Source of the DNA: Acidimicrobiia bacterium
Lineage (GTDB): Bacteria; Actinomycetota; Acidimicrobiia; Spongiisociales; ZC4RG35
Reading direction: 5' to 3'
Assembly (NCBI GenBank): GCA_036556665.1
Contig: DATBIX010000036.1
Location: 5,068-69,067, forward strand
Length of the DNA: 64,000 bases
Position 1 is the stretch's first letter. Each line of letters opens with the position of its first letter. Below, in pieces: positions 18,326 through 26,875 of this stretch. The translations under genes and the position numbers were made by a program. Under the pieces are notes generated by a model. The model made no database searches. It was not told the origin of the DNA and was given only the letters and a program-made list of their open reading frames with translations.

Positions 18326-19978
18326 ATGTCCAGTGCCTTCGAGATAGCCGACCGTCTCACCGAGTCATACGCCGACTTGTCGCCGATCCTTGCCACGACC
18401 AACGGGGTGGCCGGGCGCGACGACCTCTGGGACGATTTCTCACCCGACGGCCATGCCGCCAGGGCCGATCTCAGGGCTCAGGCGATCTCCGACCTCACCC
18501 CGCACCTGGACAACGCCGACCCGGTGCAGGCTTTTGCCGCCAAGGTCATCGTGGGGTACCTGAGCAGTCTCCAGGAGAGGTATCGCACCGGTCACTGGAA
18601 ACGGGACCTGAACCACATCTACAGCCCCTTTCAGAGGGCCCGTGACACCTTCGACGTCGTCTCGAAGGAGGGAGCCGAGGCCTGGGACAACATCACGACC
18701 CGTCTCTCGACATTCGGGGAGATGCTCGCCGGTTACCAGGCAAGTCTCCAGAGCGGGATCGACGAAGGGATGACGGTGGCGCGTCGCCAGGCCCAGAGCC
18801 TCGTCGATCAGGTGCGATCGGTCGCGGGAGACGGCTCCCGCTTCGAGGGGTTCCCCGCCCTTGCCGAGGTGGGAGGGGGAGACCCGGATCGGGTCGAAGC
18901 CGCGGTGGGTGCTGCACGCACTGCGTCCTCTCACTTCGCCGACTGGCTGGAGAGTCGGTATCTCCCCGCAGCCGACCCCGAAGATGCGATAGGAGAGGAG
19001 CGATATCGCGAGGGATGCGACTACTTCCTGGGGATGGAGATCGACCCGCACGAGACCTACGAGTGGGGATGGTCCGAGGTCGGTCGTCTCATGGAACGGA
19101 TGAAGGCAACCGCCGCCGAGATAGACGGCGATCGGTCGGTCGACGAGGTGATCGACTTGCTCGACAACGACCCAGCCCGGTCCGCCCCGGATCATCAGTC
19201 CTTCGCCGCATTCGTGAAGGGAATCCAGGACCAGGCGGTGGATCAACTCGACGGGTCGGCGTTCGACGTCCCACCCGAGATCCGTGAGGTGACGGTGAAT
19301 ATCGCCCCGCCGGGGGGCAGTCTCGGCGCCTGGTACCACGGTCCCTCCGAGGACTTCACCCGCCCCGGCTCGATCTGGTATGCACCCGGGGAGCGGGAGA
19401 GGATCCCTTTTTGGGGAGAGGTGTCGACTGCCTATCACGAGGGCTTTCCCGGGCATCATCTCCAGGTCGGGTTCGCCATCCTGCAGAAGGAGAAGCTGTC
19501 GCGTTTCCATCGGCAGTTCATCTGGTACTCGGGCTCGGGTGAGGGATGGGCTTTGTACGCGGAGAGGCTGATGGACGAGTTGGGTTACTTCGAGAACCCG
19601 GAGTACCGGCTCGGGCTCATCGCCAGCCAGTTGTTCCGCGCCACTCGCGTCGTAGTCGACATCGGGACCCAACTGAAGAAGACGATCCCCGACGATGCGC
19701 CTCTTCATCCCGGGGAGCAATGGCACTACGACCTGGCCGTCGACTACATCGTCGAGATCGGCCGCCAGGCGCCGGACGTGGCCGAATCGGAGGTCACGCG
19801 ATATCTCGGCTGGCCGGCACAGGCAATCTCGTACAAGCTGGGGGAGCGGGAAATCCTCGACATCAGGGACGAGGCGACGAGGCGGGCCGGTGGGAATCTC
19901 GACCGCATGGAATTCCACCGCAAGCTGCTCGAAGCCGGCGCCATCAGGCTCGATCACTTGCGCGAGGCGATGCTTTGA
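18326..19978 (+). CDS. DUF885 family protein
   Basis: ATG at 18326 (MSSAFEIADRL..). Conserved block AYHEGFPGHHLQ and C-terminus F..KLLE.GA..L..L as remembered for DUF885. The track ORF 18128.. is over-extended. Confidence 0.7.
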   Translation: MSSAFEIADRLTESYADLSPILATTNGVAGRDDLWDDFSPDGHAARADLRAQAISDLTPHLDNADPVQAFAAKVIVGYLSSLQERYRTGHWKRDLNHIYSPFQRARDTFDVVSKEGAEAWDNITTRLSTFGEMLAGYQASLQSGIDEGMTVARRQAQSLVDQVRSVAGDGSRFEGFPALAEVGGGDPDRVEAAVGAARTASSHFADWLESRYLPAADPEDAIGEERYREGCDYFLGMEIDPHETYEWGWSEVGRLMERMKATAAEIDGDRSVDEVIDLLDNDPARSAPDHQSFAAFVKGIQDQAVDQLDGSAFDVPPEIREVTVNIAPPGGSLGAWYHGPSEDFTRPGSIWYAPGERERIPFWGEVSTAYHEGFPGHHLQVGFAILQKEKLSRFHRQFIWYSGSGEGWALYAERLMDELGYFENPEYRLGLIASQLFRATRVVVDIGTQLKKTIPDDAPLHPGEQWHYDLAVDYIVEIGRQAPDVAESEVTRYLGWPAQAISYKLGEREILDIRDEATRRAGGNLDRMEFHRKLLEAGAIRLDHLREAML

Positions 19979-20583
19979 GCAAGAAGGTCTTCGACCTGGG
20001 CGACCCGGATGCCAGGGTGGCCTACAAGTTGCTCACGGGGATCGTCATCCCCAGGCCGATCGGGTGGATCGGGACGGTGCGTGGAGACGGCACCTTCAAC
20101 CTGGCGCCTTTCTCGTTCTTCAACGTGGTCTCGACGTCACCACCGATGGTGATCTTCGCTGCGGGGAGCCACGTCGACCGGCCCAAGGACTCGGCTGCGT
20201 TGGCGGAAGAGAGTGGTGAGTTCACCGTCAACGTCGTCTCCTACGAGCTGGCAGCAGCAATGAACACCACTTCCGGGACATTTGGCGCGGCCGTTGACGA
20301 GTTCGACATCGCCGGCCTGACGCCAGCCGCCGGGATCTCGGTGAAGGCGCCGCTCGTGGCGGAGTCCCCGGCCAATCTCGAGTGCAAGGTGACCAACTCG
20401 ATGAGTCTCGGGCTCGAAGGCGGCACCAGGCTGATTGCCGGCGAGGTGTTGGCGATTCACATCGAGGAATCGGCCCTCGACGGCGACCGGGTCGATCCCT
20501 CTGTTCTCGACGTCGTCGGCCGTCTTTCGGGCAACTCCTACGCGACCACACGGGATCGATTCGATCTCACTCGCCCGAGCTGA
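19975..20583 (+). CDS. flavin reductase family protein (FMN-binding split barrel)
   Basis: The TTG at 19975 overlaps the upstream stop (TTGA). Motifs LLTG.VIPRPIGWIGT and NLAPFSFFN..S..PP.V.F. Confidence 0.8.
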   Translation: MSKKVFDLGDPDARVAYKLLTGIVIPRPIGWIGTVRGDGTFNLAPFSFFNVVSTSPPMVIFAAGSHVDRPKDSAALAEESGEFTVNVVSYELAAAMNTTSGTFGAAVDEFDIAGLTPAAGISVKAPLVAESPANLECKVTNSMSLGLEGGTRLIAGEVLAIHIEESALDGDRVDPSVLDVVGRLSGNSYATTRDRFDLTRPS

Positions 20584-20595
20584 GATCCTCCTCGT

Positions 20596-21744
20596 TCAGC
20601 AGCCGTTGGCCCTGAGGGTCGGATAGGGGTTGACTGCGAGCCCCTTGTAGTACATCCCGAAGTGGAGGTGGGGGCTGGTTCCCTGGGCATTGCCCGACGT
20701 CCCTATGTAGCCGATGACATCTCCCGCCGAGACCTTGCCGGTGGCTCCGGCCGAGTCGAGGTGGGAACCGAGATACTCGATCCCGTCGCTCCCATGGAGA
20801 TTGAACTGGAGCCCTCCCAGCGAGCCACGGATCAACTCCACGGTGCCCGAGACAGGAGCCCTCACCTTGGTCCCGTACGAAGCGAAGAGGTCGTTCCCCT
20901 CGTGAAAGCGGGAGCCTCCACGCGGGAAACCCCAGTCGTTGAAGTAGCGGCCGCCTTTGACCGGGCACACCCATTCCGATGCTCCCGGGACCCGGATCGT
21001 CTGGCCCGCCCGGATCCTGTTGACGTCCCCGATGTCGTTGAGCGAGGCCAGCTTGGACAGAGAGGTCCCGTATTTGGCGGCGATATCCCCGAGCCGGTCG
21101 CCCCGCTTGACCTCGTAGCTCCCGGTGCCCGACCCGGCGCCGCCTCCGACTATGGACGGGCCATCCAGGAACAACCTGGTGCCCGTGTAGATCCGGCCGT
21201 CGACGATGCCGTTCGCCGAGGCGATGTCATCAGCAGACACGCCCTTGTACTGGTCGGCGATGGACTCCACCGTCTCGCCTCTCTTCACGACGTGGTACTC
21301 GCCGGACCTGATCCGCTGTGGCCGGTTGCTCGACCCCTCACTCTCCCCATCCGCCTCACTCGAGCCGCTCGACGACCCCGACCGAGCCGGTATGACCAGT
21401 CGCTGCCCGGGATAGATGCGATCAGGGTCGCTCAGACTGTTGGCCTTGGCCAGGGCGAAGGCGCTCGTGCCGTAGGTCGAGGCGATCCGGACCAGAGTCT
21501 CGCCCCGGCTGACCACGTGCTGCTTGTCCTTGCCCGGGATGACCAGCACCTGACCGATCCGGATCAAGTCCCGGTTGCGAATCGAGTTGGCCTCGACCAG
21601 ATCGGATACGGAAACACCGTGATCACGGGCGATCTCGGTGAGGGTGTCGCCTCTCTGCACCGTGTAGTCGACCGAGACGAGGGCGACGGTCAGGGCTAGA
21701 ACCATGCCGACGGCAATGGCGCGGGCGCGTCGATTGTCTGGCAT
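20596..21744 (-). CDS. LysM-repeat (x4) M23 family peptidoglycan hydrolase
   Basis: Signal anchor, then four LysM units (YTVQRGDTL.., HVVSRGETL.., YHVVKRGETV.., YEVKRGDRL..). M23 motifs HEGNDLFA and GTSPHLHF. Confidence 0.9.
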   Translation of the reverse strand: MPDNRRARAIAVGMVLALTVALVSVDYTVQRGDTLTEIARDHGVSVSDLVEANSIRNRDLIRIGQVLVIPGKDKQHVVSRGETLVRIASTYGTSAFALAKANSLSDPDRIYPGQRLVIPARSGSSSGSSEADGESEGSSNRPQRIRSGEYHVVKRGETVESIADQYKGVSADDIASANGIVDGRIYTGTRLFLDGPSIVGGGAGSGTGSYEVKRGDRLGDIAAKYGTSLSKLASLNDIGDVNRIRAGQTIRVPGASEWVCPVKGGRYFNDWGFPRGGSRFHEGNDLFASYGTKVRAPVSGTVELIRGSLGGLQFNLHGSDGIEYLGSHLDSAGATGKVSAGDVIGYIGTSGNAQGTSPHLHFGMYYKGLAVNPYPTLRANGC

Positions 21745-21830
21745 GAAGGCTGCGCTCCTTCAAGCCCCTGAACCGTCCGCGTGCTCCACCCTACCCCGAG
21801 ATCGCGAAATTTCCAGAGCAAGAGCGCGAG

Positions 21831-22871
21831 TCAGGGGCGGAGGCCCGGTCTCCCTGCCAGAGCCCGCAATTGGCCGCAAGCGGCATCTATCTCCCTGCCC
21901 CTGGTGTCGCGGACGGTGACATTGACACCGCGACCGCCCAGGATGCGGGCGAAAGCCCCGATTCGGGCCGGGCTGGATGCGGTCTCGGTGGTGAACGGGG
22001 TGGGGTTGAGCGCGATCAGGTTGACGTGGGCGCGGAGACGGGTGGCGATGGCTGCGAGCTTCTCGGCCTGCTCAGACGTGTCGTTGACCCCGTCGATCAT
22101 CGTCCATTCGATCGAGACCCGGCGATGCTTCTTCGAGAAGTACTCCGCTGCCGCCGACTCGAGGTCCGCCAGGGGATACCGCTTGTTGATCGGGACCAGG
22201 CGGCTGCGCAGCTCGTCGTCTGCCGCATGGAGGCTGATCGCAAGTGACACCTGCCATGGCTCGTCGGCGAGACGTCTGATGCCCGGGACGATGCCGACCG
22301 TCGAGACGGTGATCGACCGGGCCGACATCCCCATCACATCGATCATGCGACGCAGCGTCTCACGCACCCGGTCATAGTTGGCCAGGGGCTCGCCCATGCC
22401 CATGAACACGACGTTGGTCAGGCGATCGGGCACACCCGGCAACCCGACCTGAGCGAGGAAAGCCCTGGCAAAGGCGACCTGCGCCACCATCTCACCCGCC
22501 TCCAGATGGCGCTCGAAGCCGAATTGGCCCGTGGCGCAGAAGGTGCAACCGAGGGCACAGCCCGCCTGGCTCGAAATGCACAGCGTGGCCCGTCGCGGGT
22601 AGCCCATCAGGACCGCCTCGATGGCGGCGCCATCAGGAGCCCGGAACAACCACTTTCGGGTGGTGCCGGTGTCGGCGGACTGCTCTGTCTCGACGGCGAA
22701 TGGCCAGAGCCGCATCTTGAGGGACGAGCGGAGCGACGTGGGGAGATTGGTCATGTCGTCGGCGCTGAGCACGGGGTTGTGGTAGAGCCACTCCCTGAGC
22801 TGGTCGGCTCGATAGGCGGGTTCTCCTTCGAGAAGCTCACCGAGCTGCTCGGGGGCGTGCAGATAGGGCAC
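21831..22871 (-). CDS. rlmN: 23S rRNA (adenine2503-C2)-methyltransferase RlmN (radical SAM)
   Basis: Motifs AYRADQLREWLY, CISSQAGCALGCTFCATG (CxxxCxxC), NVVFMGMGEPLAN and DAACGQL. The GTG at 22871 overlaps the upstream TAG by 1 nt. The first 216 codons of the 562-aa track ORF are spurious. Confidence 0.9.
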   Translation of the reverse strand: MPYLHAPEQLGELLEGEPAYRADQLREWLYHNPVLSADDMTNLPTSLRSSLKMRLWPFAVETEQSADTGTTRKWLFRAPDGAAIEAVLMGYPRRATLCISSQAGCALGCTFCATGQFGFERHLEAGEMVAQVAFARAFLAQVGLPGVPDRLTNVVFMGMGEPLANYDRVRETLRRMIDVMGMSARSITVSTVGIVPGIRRLADEPWQVSLAISLHAADDELRSRLVPINKRYPLADLESAAAEYFSKKHRRVSIEWTMIDGVNDTSEQAEKLAAIATRLRAHVNLIALNPTPFTTETASSPARIGAFARILGGRGVNVTVRDTRGREIDAACGQLRALAGRPGLRP

Positions 22872-23188
22872 TAGACCAGGCTGCGCGCCTGCTCGATCCA
22901 GGCTCTTGCCCTGGCCGCGCTCACCCCGGCAGCCTCGGCCACCGCATCCGGCGACGAAGCGGCCAGTTTGGCCATGTCGTCGATGCCGGCGCTCTTGAGA
23001 CGACCGGCCAGCACCGGCCCGATCCCGTCCACGACATCGAGGCCCGAGGCGCCCTCGACGGGTGCAGCCCTGAACACCGGCGGCTCCGGCTCGCGCGAGG
23101 CGGCGACGGAGATGAAGCGGTCTCGCATCGCCCACAGGATGGCGACCGCGCCGCCCACGAGCCCCAAGACCTTGGCTATCCGCTTCAT
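22871..23188 (-). CDS. membrane-anchored helix-hairpin-helix (DUF4332-like) protein
   Basis: N-terminal TM helix (VLGLVGGAVAILWA). The C-terminus VVDGIGPVLAGRLKSAGIDDMAKLA resembles an HhH motif. Confidence 0.6.
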   Translation of the reverse strand: MKRIAKVLGLVGGAVAILWAMRDRFISVAASREPEPPVFRAAPVEGASGLDVVDGIGPVLAGRLKSAGIDDMAKLAASSPDAVAEAAGVSAARARAWIEQARSLV

Positions 23189-23231
23189 GGCCAGAGGCTA
23201 CCCAGTCCCCGCCGGATCTACCCTGGATCGG

Positions 23232-24248
23232 ATGAAGGTCGATTACTACTTCCCGCCCAGCCCACCCGAGGGGGCAGCCGAGGCGGCCCGGCGAGCCGCC
23301 GAGATCGGTTACGACGGTTTCTTCACCGCCGAGACACAGTACGACCCCTTTCTCCCTCTCGCCCTGGCCGCCTCGGCCCAGCCCGGCCTGGATCTGGGGA
23401 CGGCCATCGCCGTGGCGTTCCCACGTTCTCCCATGGTGATGGCGATGACAGCCTGGGACCTCGCCCGGATGTCGCGCGGCCGCTTCATGCTCGGGCTGGG
23501 GACCCAGATCAGGGCTCACGTAGTCCGCCGATTCTCCACGGTGTGGGACAGCCCGGGACCGCGACTGCGCGAGTACATCCTGTCGCTCCGCGCCATCTGG
23601 GCCTCATGGCAGAGCTCCACACCCCTCTCCTTCAAGGGCGACTTCTACGAGTTCTCTCTGATGACCCCGTTCTTCGACCCGGGGCCGATCCCTCATCCGG
23701 ACGTCCCGATCTACATCGCCGGCGTCGGGCCCTACCTGAGCCGTCTCGCCGGCGAGGTCTGCCAGGGCTTCCACGTCCACCCATTTCACACGGTGCACTA
23801 CCTCGACGAGGTCGTCCTCCCCGGGATCAGAGCAGGCGCTGAGGGGGCCAGCCGGTCACTCGACGACGTGGAGAGAGTGACCACAGTGTTCGTGATGACC
23901 GGTGACACGGACTCCGAGATCGAGCAGGCGATGGCCCCCGTGCGTCAACAGATCTCGTTCTACGCCTCCACTCCCTCCTACCGACCGGTCCTGGAGGCGA
24001 GCGGATGGGACTTCGGAGAGGAGCTCAACGCCATGTCGAAACGGGGCCAGTGGGGGGAGATGGCCACGCTCATCGAAGACGATGTGGTCCTCACCGTCGG
24101 TGTGGCCGCTCCCATCGACAAGCTGGGAACGGCGATAAAGGAGAGGTATGGGGATCGAGTGCAGCGGATCGGCTTCTACACGGTCGGCTCGGCTCTGGAC
24201 ATGGACATGGATGCCCTCAGAGAGGTGATCCGGCAGTTGCGGTCCTAG
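23232..24248 (+). CDS. LLM-class F420-dependent oxidoreductase (TIGR03617-like)
   Basis: ATG at 23232. MKVDYY...GYDGFFTAETQYDPFLPLALAA...AFPRSPMVMAMTAWDL...GRFMLGLGTQ matches my recollection of the family. Confidence 0.8.
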   Translation: MKVDYYFPPSPPEGAAEAARRAAEIGYDGFFTAETQYDPFLPLALAASAQPGLDLGTAIAVAFPRSPMVMAMTAWDLARMSRGRFMLGLGTQIRAHVVRRFSTVWDSPGPRLREYILSLRAIWASWQSSTPLSFKGDFYEFSLMTPFFDPGPIPHPDVPIYIAGVGPYLSRLAGEVCQGFHVHPFHTVHYLDEVVLPGIRAGAEGASRSLDDVERVTTVFVMTGDTDSEIEQAMAPVRQQISFYASTPSYRPVLEASGWDFGEELNAMSKRGQWGEMATLIEDDVVLTVGVAAPIDKLGTAIKERYGDRVQRIGFYTVGSALDMDMDALREVIRQLRS

Positions 24249-25792
24249 AGCACCACCGCTTCGGTGGTGTCGACCCTCGGGTCTCGATGCGTATCGCGTC
24301 GATCACCGTCGATTGCGATCACGGAGACCGGCCCCCAGGCCGATTGGGGAGACACCATCTCCTCGATCTGGTGGCCGCGCCGCCTCAACTCCCTGAGTGT
24401 CGCCGCGGGCACACCGGGCTCTACCTGAACGCCCGGTGCCGAGAACGGCCCGAGGTCGGCGATTGCCCAGCGGGGAGCGCCCTGCGCCGTCTGGGTGTCT
24501 TGACCGGCGAGCACGACCCTGGCCGCGATCTGGGCGACCATCTGTGGCTGCAGCCCCCCACCTCTGGTCCCGATCACCCATCGTGGCTCGTCGCCGTCGG
24601 TCCACAGGGTGGGCGACAGTGTGTGGAGAGGGCGCTTTCCGGGTGCCAACTCGTTGGGATGCCCAGGAGTCAAAGTGAATCCTGCCCCCCTGTTGTGGAG
24701 GAGAAAGCCGCTCCTGGCGGCCCCGAAGGCGGAGCCGGGGCCGTTGTAATTGGACTGGATCATCGACACCGCCATCCCCTGGTCGTCGACCACGCACATG
24801 TAGGCAGTACCTGATGGGCTTCCGATCGCCGGCCAGGTCCCGGTGCGATCACGCCGGACGGTTGCCGCCGCCCGACTCAGCCGATCATGGTCGAGAAGCA
24901 GGTCGGCCGGCAGCGGTGCGTGGGCCGGGTCGGCGACGACGTCGTCTCGCTCCCAGGCGAGCGACCGGTAGGACTCGATGAGGAGGTGCCACCAATCGGG
25001 ATGCCCCGGGTCGGCCGGGGGTTCGAGCATCTCGAACACCGCCACCGTTGCCGGGCCCAGGTAGCCGATCGAGTTGGGTGGGATCGTCCATGCCTCGAGA
25101 CCGGCCACCCGGCAGGAGATCGGCTCGACCCATTCGGCCTGTGACCGGGCGAGGTCTTCAGCAGTGATGATCCCGCCGAGCTCGGAGATGATGTCCTCGG
25201 CCGGGATCCCCGTGTAGAAGGCGTCCCTGCCGTGGTCCCCGATCGCGCGCAGTGTGGCGGCGAGGGCGGGCCGTCTGACCAGGGACCCAGGTGCCACCGG
25301 GGCGCCGGACGGGTACAGCTCCTGCACCGCCGGGTGGTGGGCGTACATACCGGCCGTAGACCTGAACGTCATGGACTGCTCGGTGGAGACCTCGTAGCCA
25401 TCCTCGGCCAGACCGATGGCCGATGCCAGGCACTCGGCCAGGTCCTGCGTTCCCAGCTCACTGGAGAGCGCAGCCCACCCGTCGACACAGCCGGGCACGG
25501 TCACAGTCAGGGGGTGATCGATCGGGATCGCCTCCACCCCGGCCCGGCGCAGCGACTCTGGATCGGCCTTGGACCCGGATCGACCCGAGGCATTGACGGC
25601 GCGCGGGAGGGCCCAGCCCGGCCGGTGGACGAGAGCGAAGAGATCCCCCCCGATCCCACAGGTCTCCGGGGCGACCACGCCCTGGGTGGCTGTGGCGGCG
25701 ATGGCGGCGTCGACTGCGTTGCCCCCGGCCTCAAGGACGCGACAGGCCGCCGAGGTGGAGAGGCGATGGGGGGTGGAGACGGCGCTGGTCAG
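24245..25792 (-). CDS. gamma-glutamyltransferase family protein; start uncertain (CTG at 25792, or ATG at 25882)
   Basis: Motifs GGNAVDAAIA, CGIGGDLFALV, nucleophile context SGTAYMCVVD, and LHNRGAGF..PG.PN...PGKRP.HT. See the finding on the CTGA junction. Confidence 0.8.
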   Translation of the reverse strand: MTSAVSTPHRLSTSAACRVLEAGGNAVDAAIAATATQGVVAPETCGIGGDLFALVHRPGWALPRAVNASGRSGSKADPESLRRAGVEAIPIDHPLTVTVPGCVDGWAALSSELGTQDLAECLASAIGLAEDGYEVSTEQSMTFRSTAGMYAHHPAVQELYPSGAPVAPGSLVRRPALAATLRAIGDHGRDAFYTGIPAEDIISELGGIITAEDLARSQAEWVEPISCRVAGLEAWTIPPNSIGYLGPATVAVFEMLEPPADPGHPDWWHLLIESYRSLAWERDDVVADPAHAPLPADLLLDHDRLSRAAATVRRDRTGTWPAIGSPSGTAYMCVVDDQGMAVSMIQSNYNGPGSAFGAARSGFLLHNRGAGFTLTPGHPNELAPGKRPLHTLSPTLWTDGDEPRWVIGTRGGGLQPQMVAQIAARVVLAGQDTQTAQGAPRWAIADLGPFSAPGVQVEPGVPAATLRELRRRGHQIEEMVSPQSAWGPVSVIAIDGDRRDTHRDPRVDTTEAVVL

Positions 25793-26409
25793 GGTGTCTT
25801 CAGGTCCGGGAGCATCCGATTGAGGGCGTCGAGCACGGCCCGAACCACGGCGCGCGACTCCTCGTCCTCCACATAGGCGCATCCGATCAAATGGCGCTCG
25901 GTCGCCTCGGTCACCACCACCACCTGGGCAACGGCCACCCGGCGGCTGCCCAACACCGGTATGTCCATGGAGGAGATGGCCAGGGCTGCCTCGCGGTGGA
26001 TCGCCTGTCGGATGGCGTCGATGGTCGCCTCCGCGATCTGGCGTGGCCGGGTCGAGGTGGCTGCCGCCCCCTTCGCCGCGCCCGTGAACATCTCGTTCTG
26101 CCAGCGCAGGGAGACGGTCACCTCGGCCCGGGACCCATCGAGCGTCTCGGCGACATCGACCAGAGCAGGGCGAAAACCACCTTCGAGGTCGGCATCGGCC
26201 AGCTGGACCACAGACACGATTCGACGGTCGATCTCCTCGCCGAACAGAGCCTGGCTCAGGGATTGGACGTCACGGACCAGCTGTTTCGGAGGCTTGTTGC
26301 GGCGGGCCAGGACATGGATCTCCTCGATGTGCCCCTTCCCCGCCACGATCCTGGCTGCTTCCACCCCCTCGATCCGGGTGATCTTTTCCTGGAGGGCCAT
26401 GACGTCCAT
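25789..26409 (-). CDS. hypothetical two-domain protein (206 aa)
   Basis: Protein-like composition and good GC3. N-terminal module ITRIEGVEAARIV..IEEIHVLA..KPPKQLVRDVQS. No family recognised with confidence. Confidence 0.6.
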   Translation of the reverse strand: MDVMALQEKITRIEGVEAARIVAGKGHIEEIHVLARRNKPPKQLVRDVQSLSQALFGEEIDRRIVSVVQLADADLEGGFRPALVDVAETLDGSRAEVTVSLRWQNEMFTGAAKGAAATSTRPRQIAEATIDAIRQAIHREAALAISSMDIPVLGSRRVAVAQVVVVTEATERHLIGCAYVEDEESRAVVRAVLDALNRMLPDLKTP

Positions 26410-26875
26410 GGCGGTCAGGGTAACCCTGGCGGGATGGGTTGCCCGGGATAGCGCAGGCCAATTCTTCTTGTTCGCGAGTGGACCAGCCTCTAGATTGCGG
26501 CGGGCTGGAAGCTATTCATGGGAGCTGCGTGGGGCAGCCGAGGTCGTTGACCTACCTGCCTCGGTCCGTGGCGGGCGAAGTCAGGGGCCTTCTTGACATG
26601 TGAAGGTTCCCCGCAATGAGCCGGGGAATGGTGAGACCGGCGTCAGAACGTCGGCCTTGTAATTGAACGCCCATCTAACCCAGCGGAGCGGATCGTCAAC
26701 GCCGGCACACAGCGTCGGCGAATACGACAAATCAGGTGAGCGCTCAGGTGCAGGCAAATCTGGCCCGTGATCGCAATGGTGTCGCGAGCCTGAGAAACGT
26801 GCTCGGCGGCACCCGGATCGGCTGATGAACCGGCGCCGGACTCGCCCACATCTCGAGTAAAGAACACGGGGGCCC

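Noticed and set aside
21831-23519. 562-aa version of the rlmN ORF, and similar over-long track ORFs (for example 42105..44039, 47733..49202, 19546..20583, 12650..13582)
   Set aside because: The N-terminal extensions overlap upstream genes and are compositionally junk. Conserved family N-termini begin at internal starts, which usually form a 1- or 4-nt overlap with the upstream stop.
25792-25882. ATG 25882 as the start of the GGT-family gene
   Set aside because: It is not excluded but is disfavoured. It adds 30 Arg/Gly-rich residues and a 94-nt overlap with the upstream gene. The CTG at 25792 sits in a CTGA junction, right before the conserved N-terminus.
26410-26875. c-di-GMP riboswitch (GEMM-I/II) upstream of the HD-GYP genes
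   Set aside because: I looked for the conserved GGCAAA / ACGCAAAGCC-type elements and did not see them. The region is reported only as unexplained.
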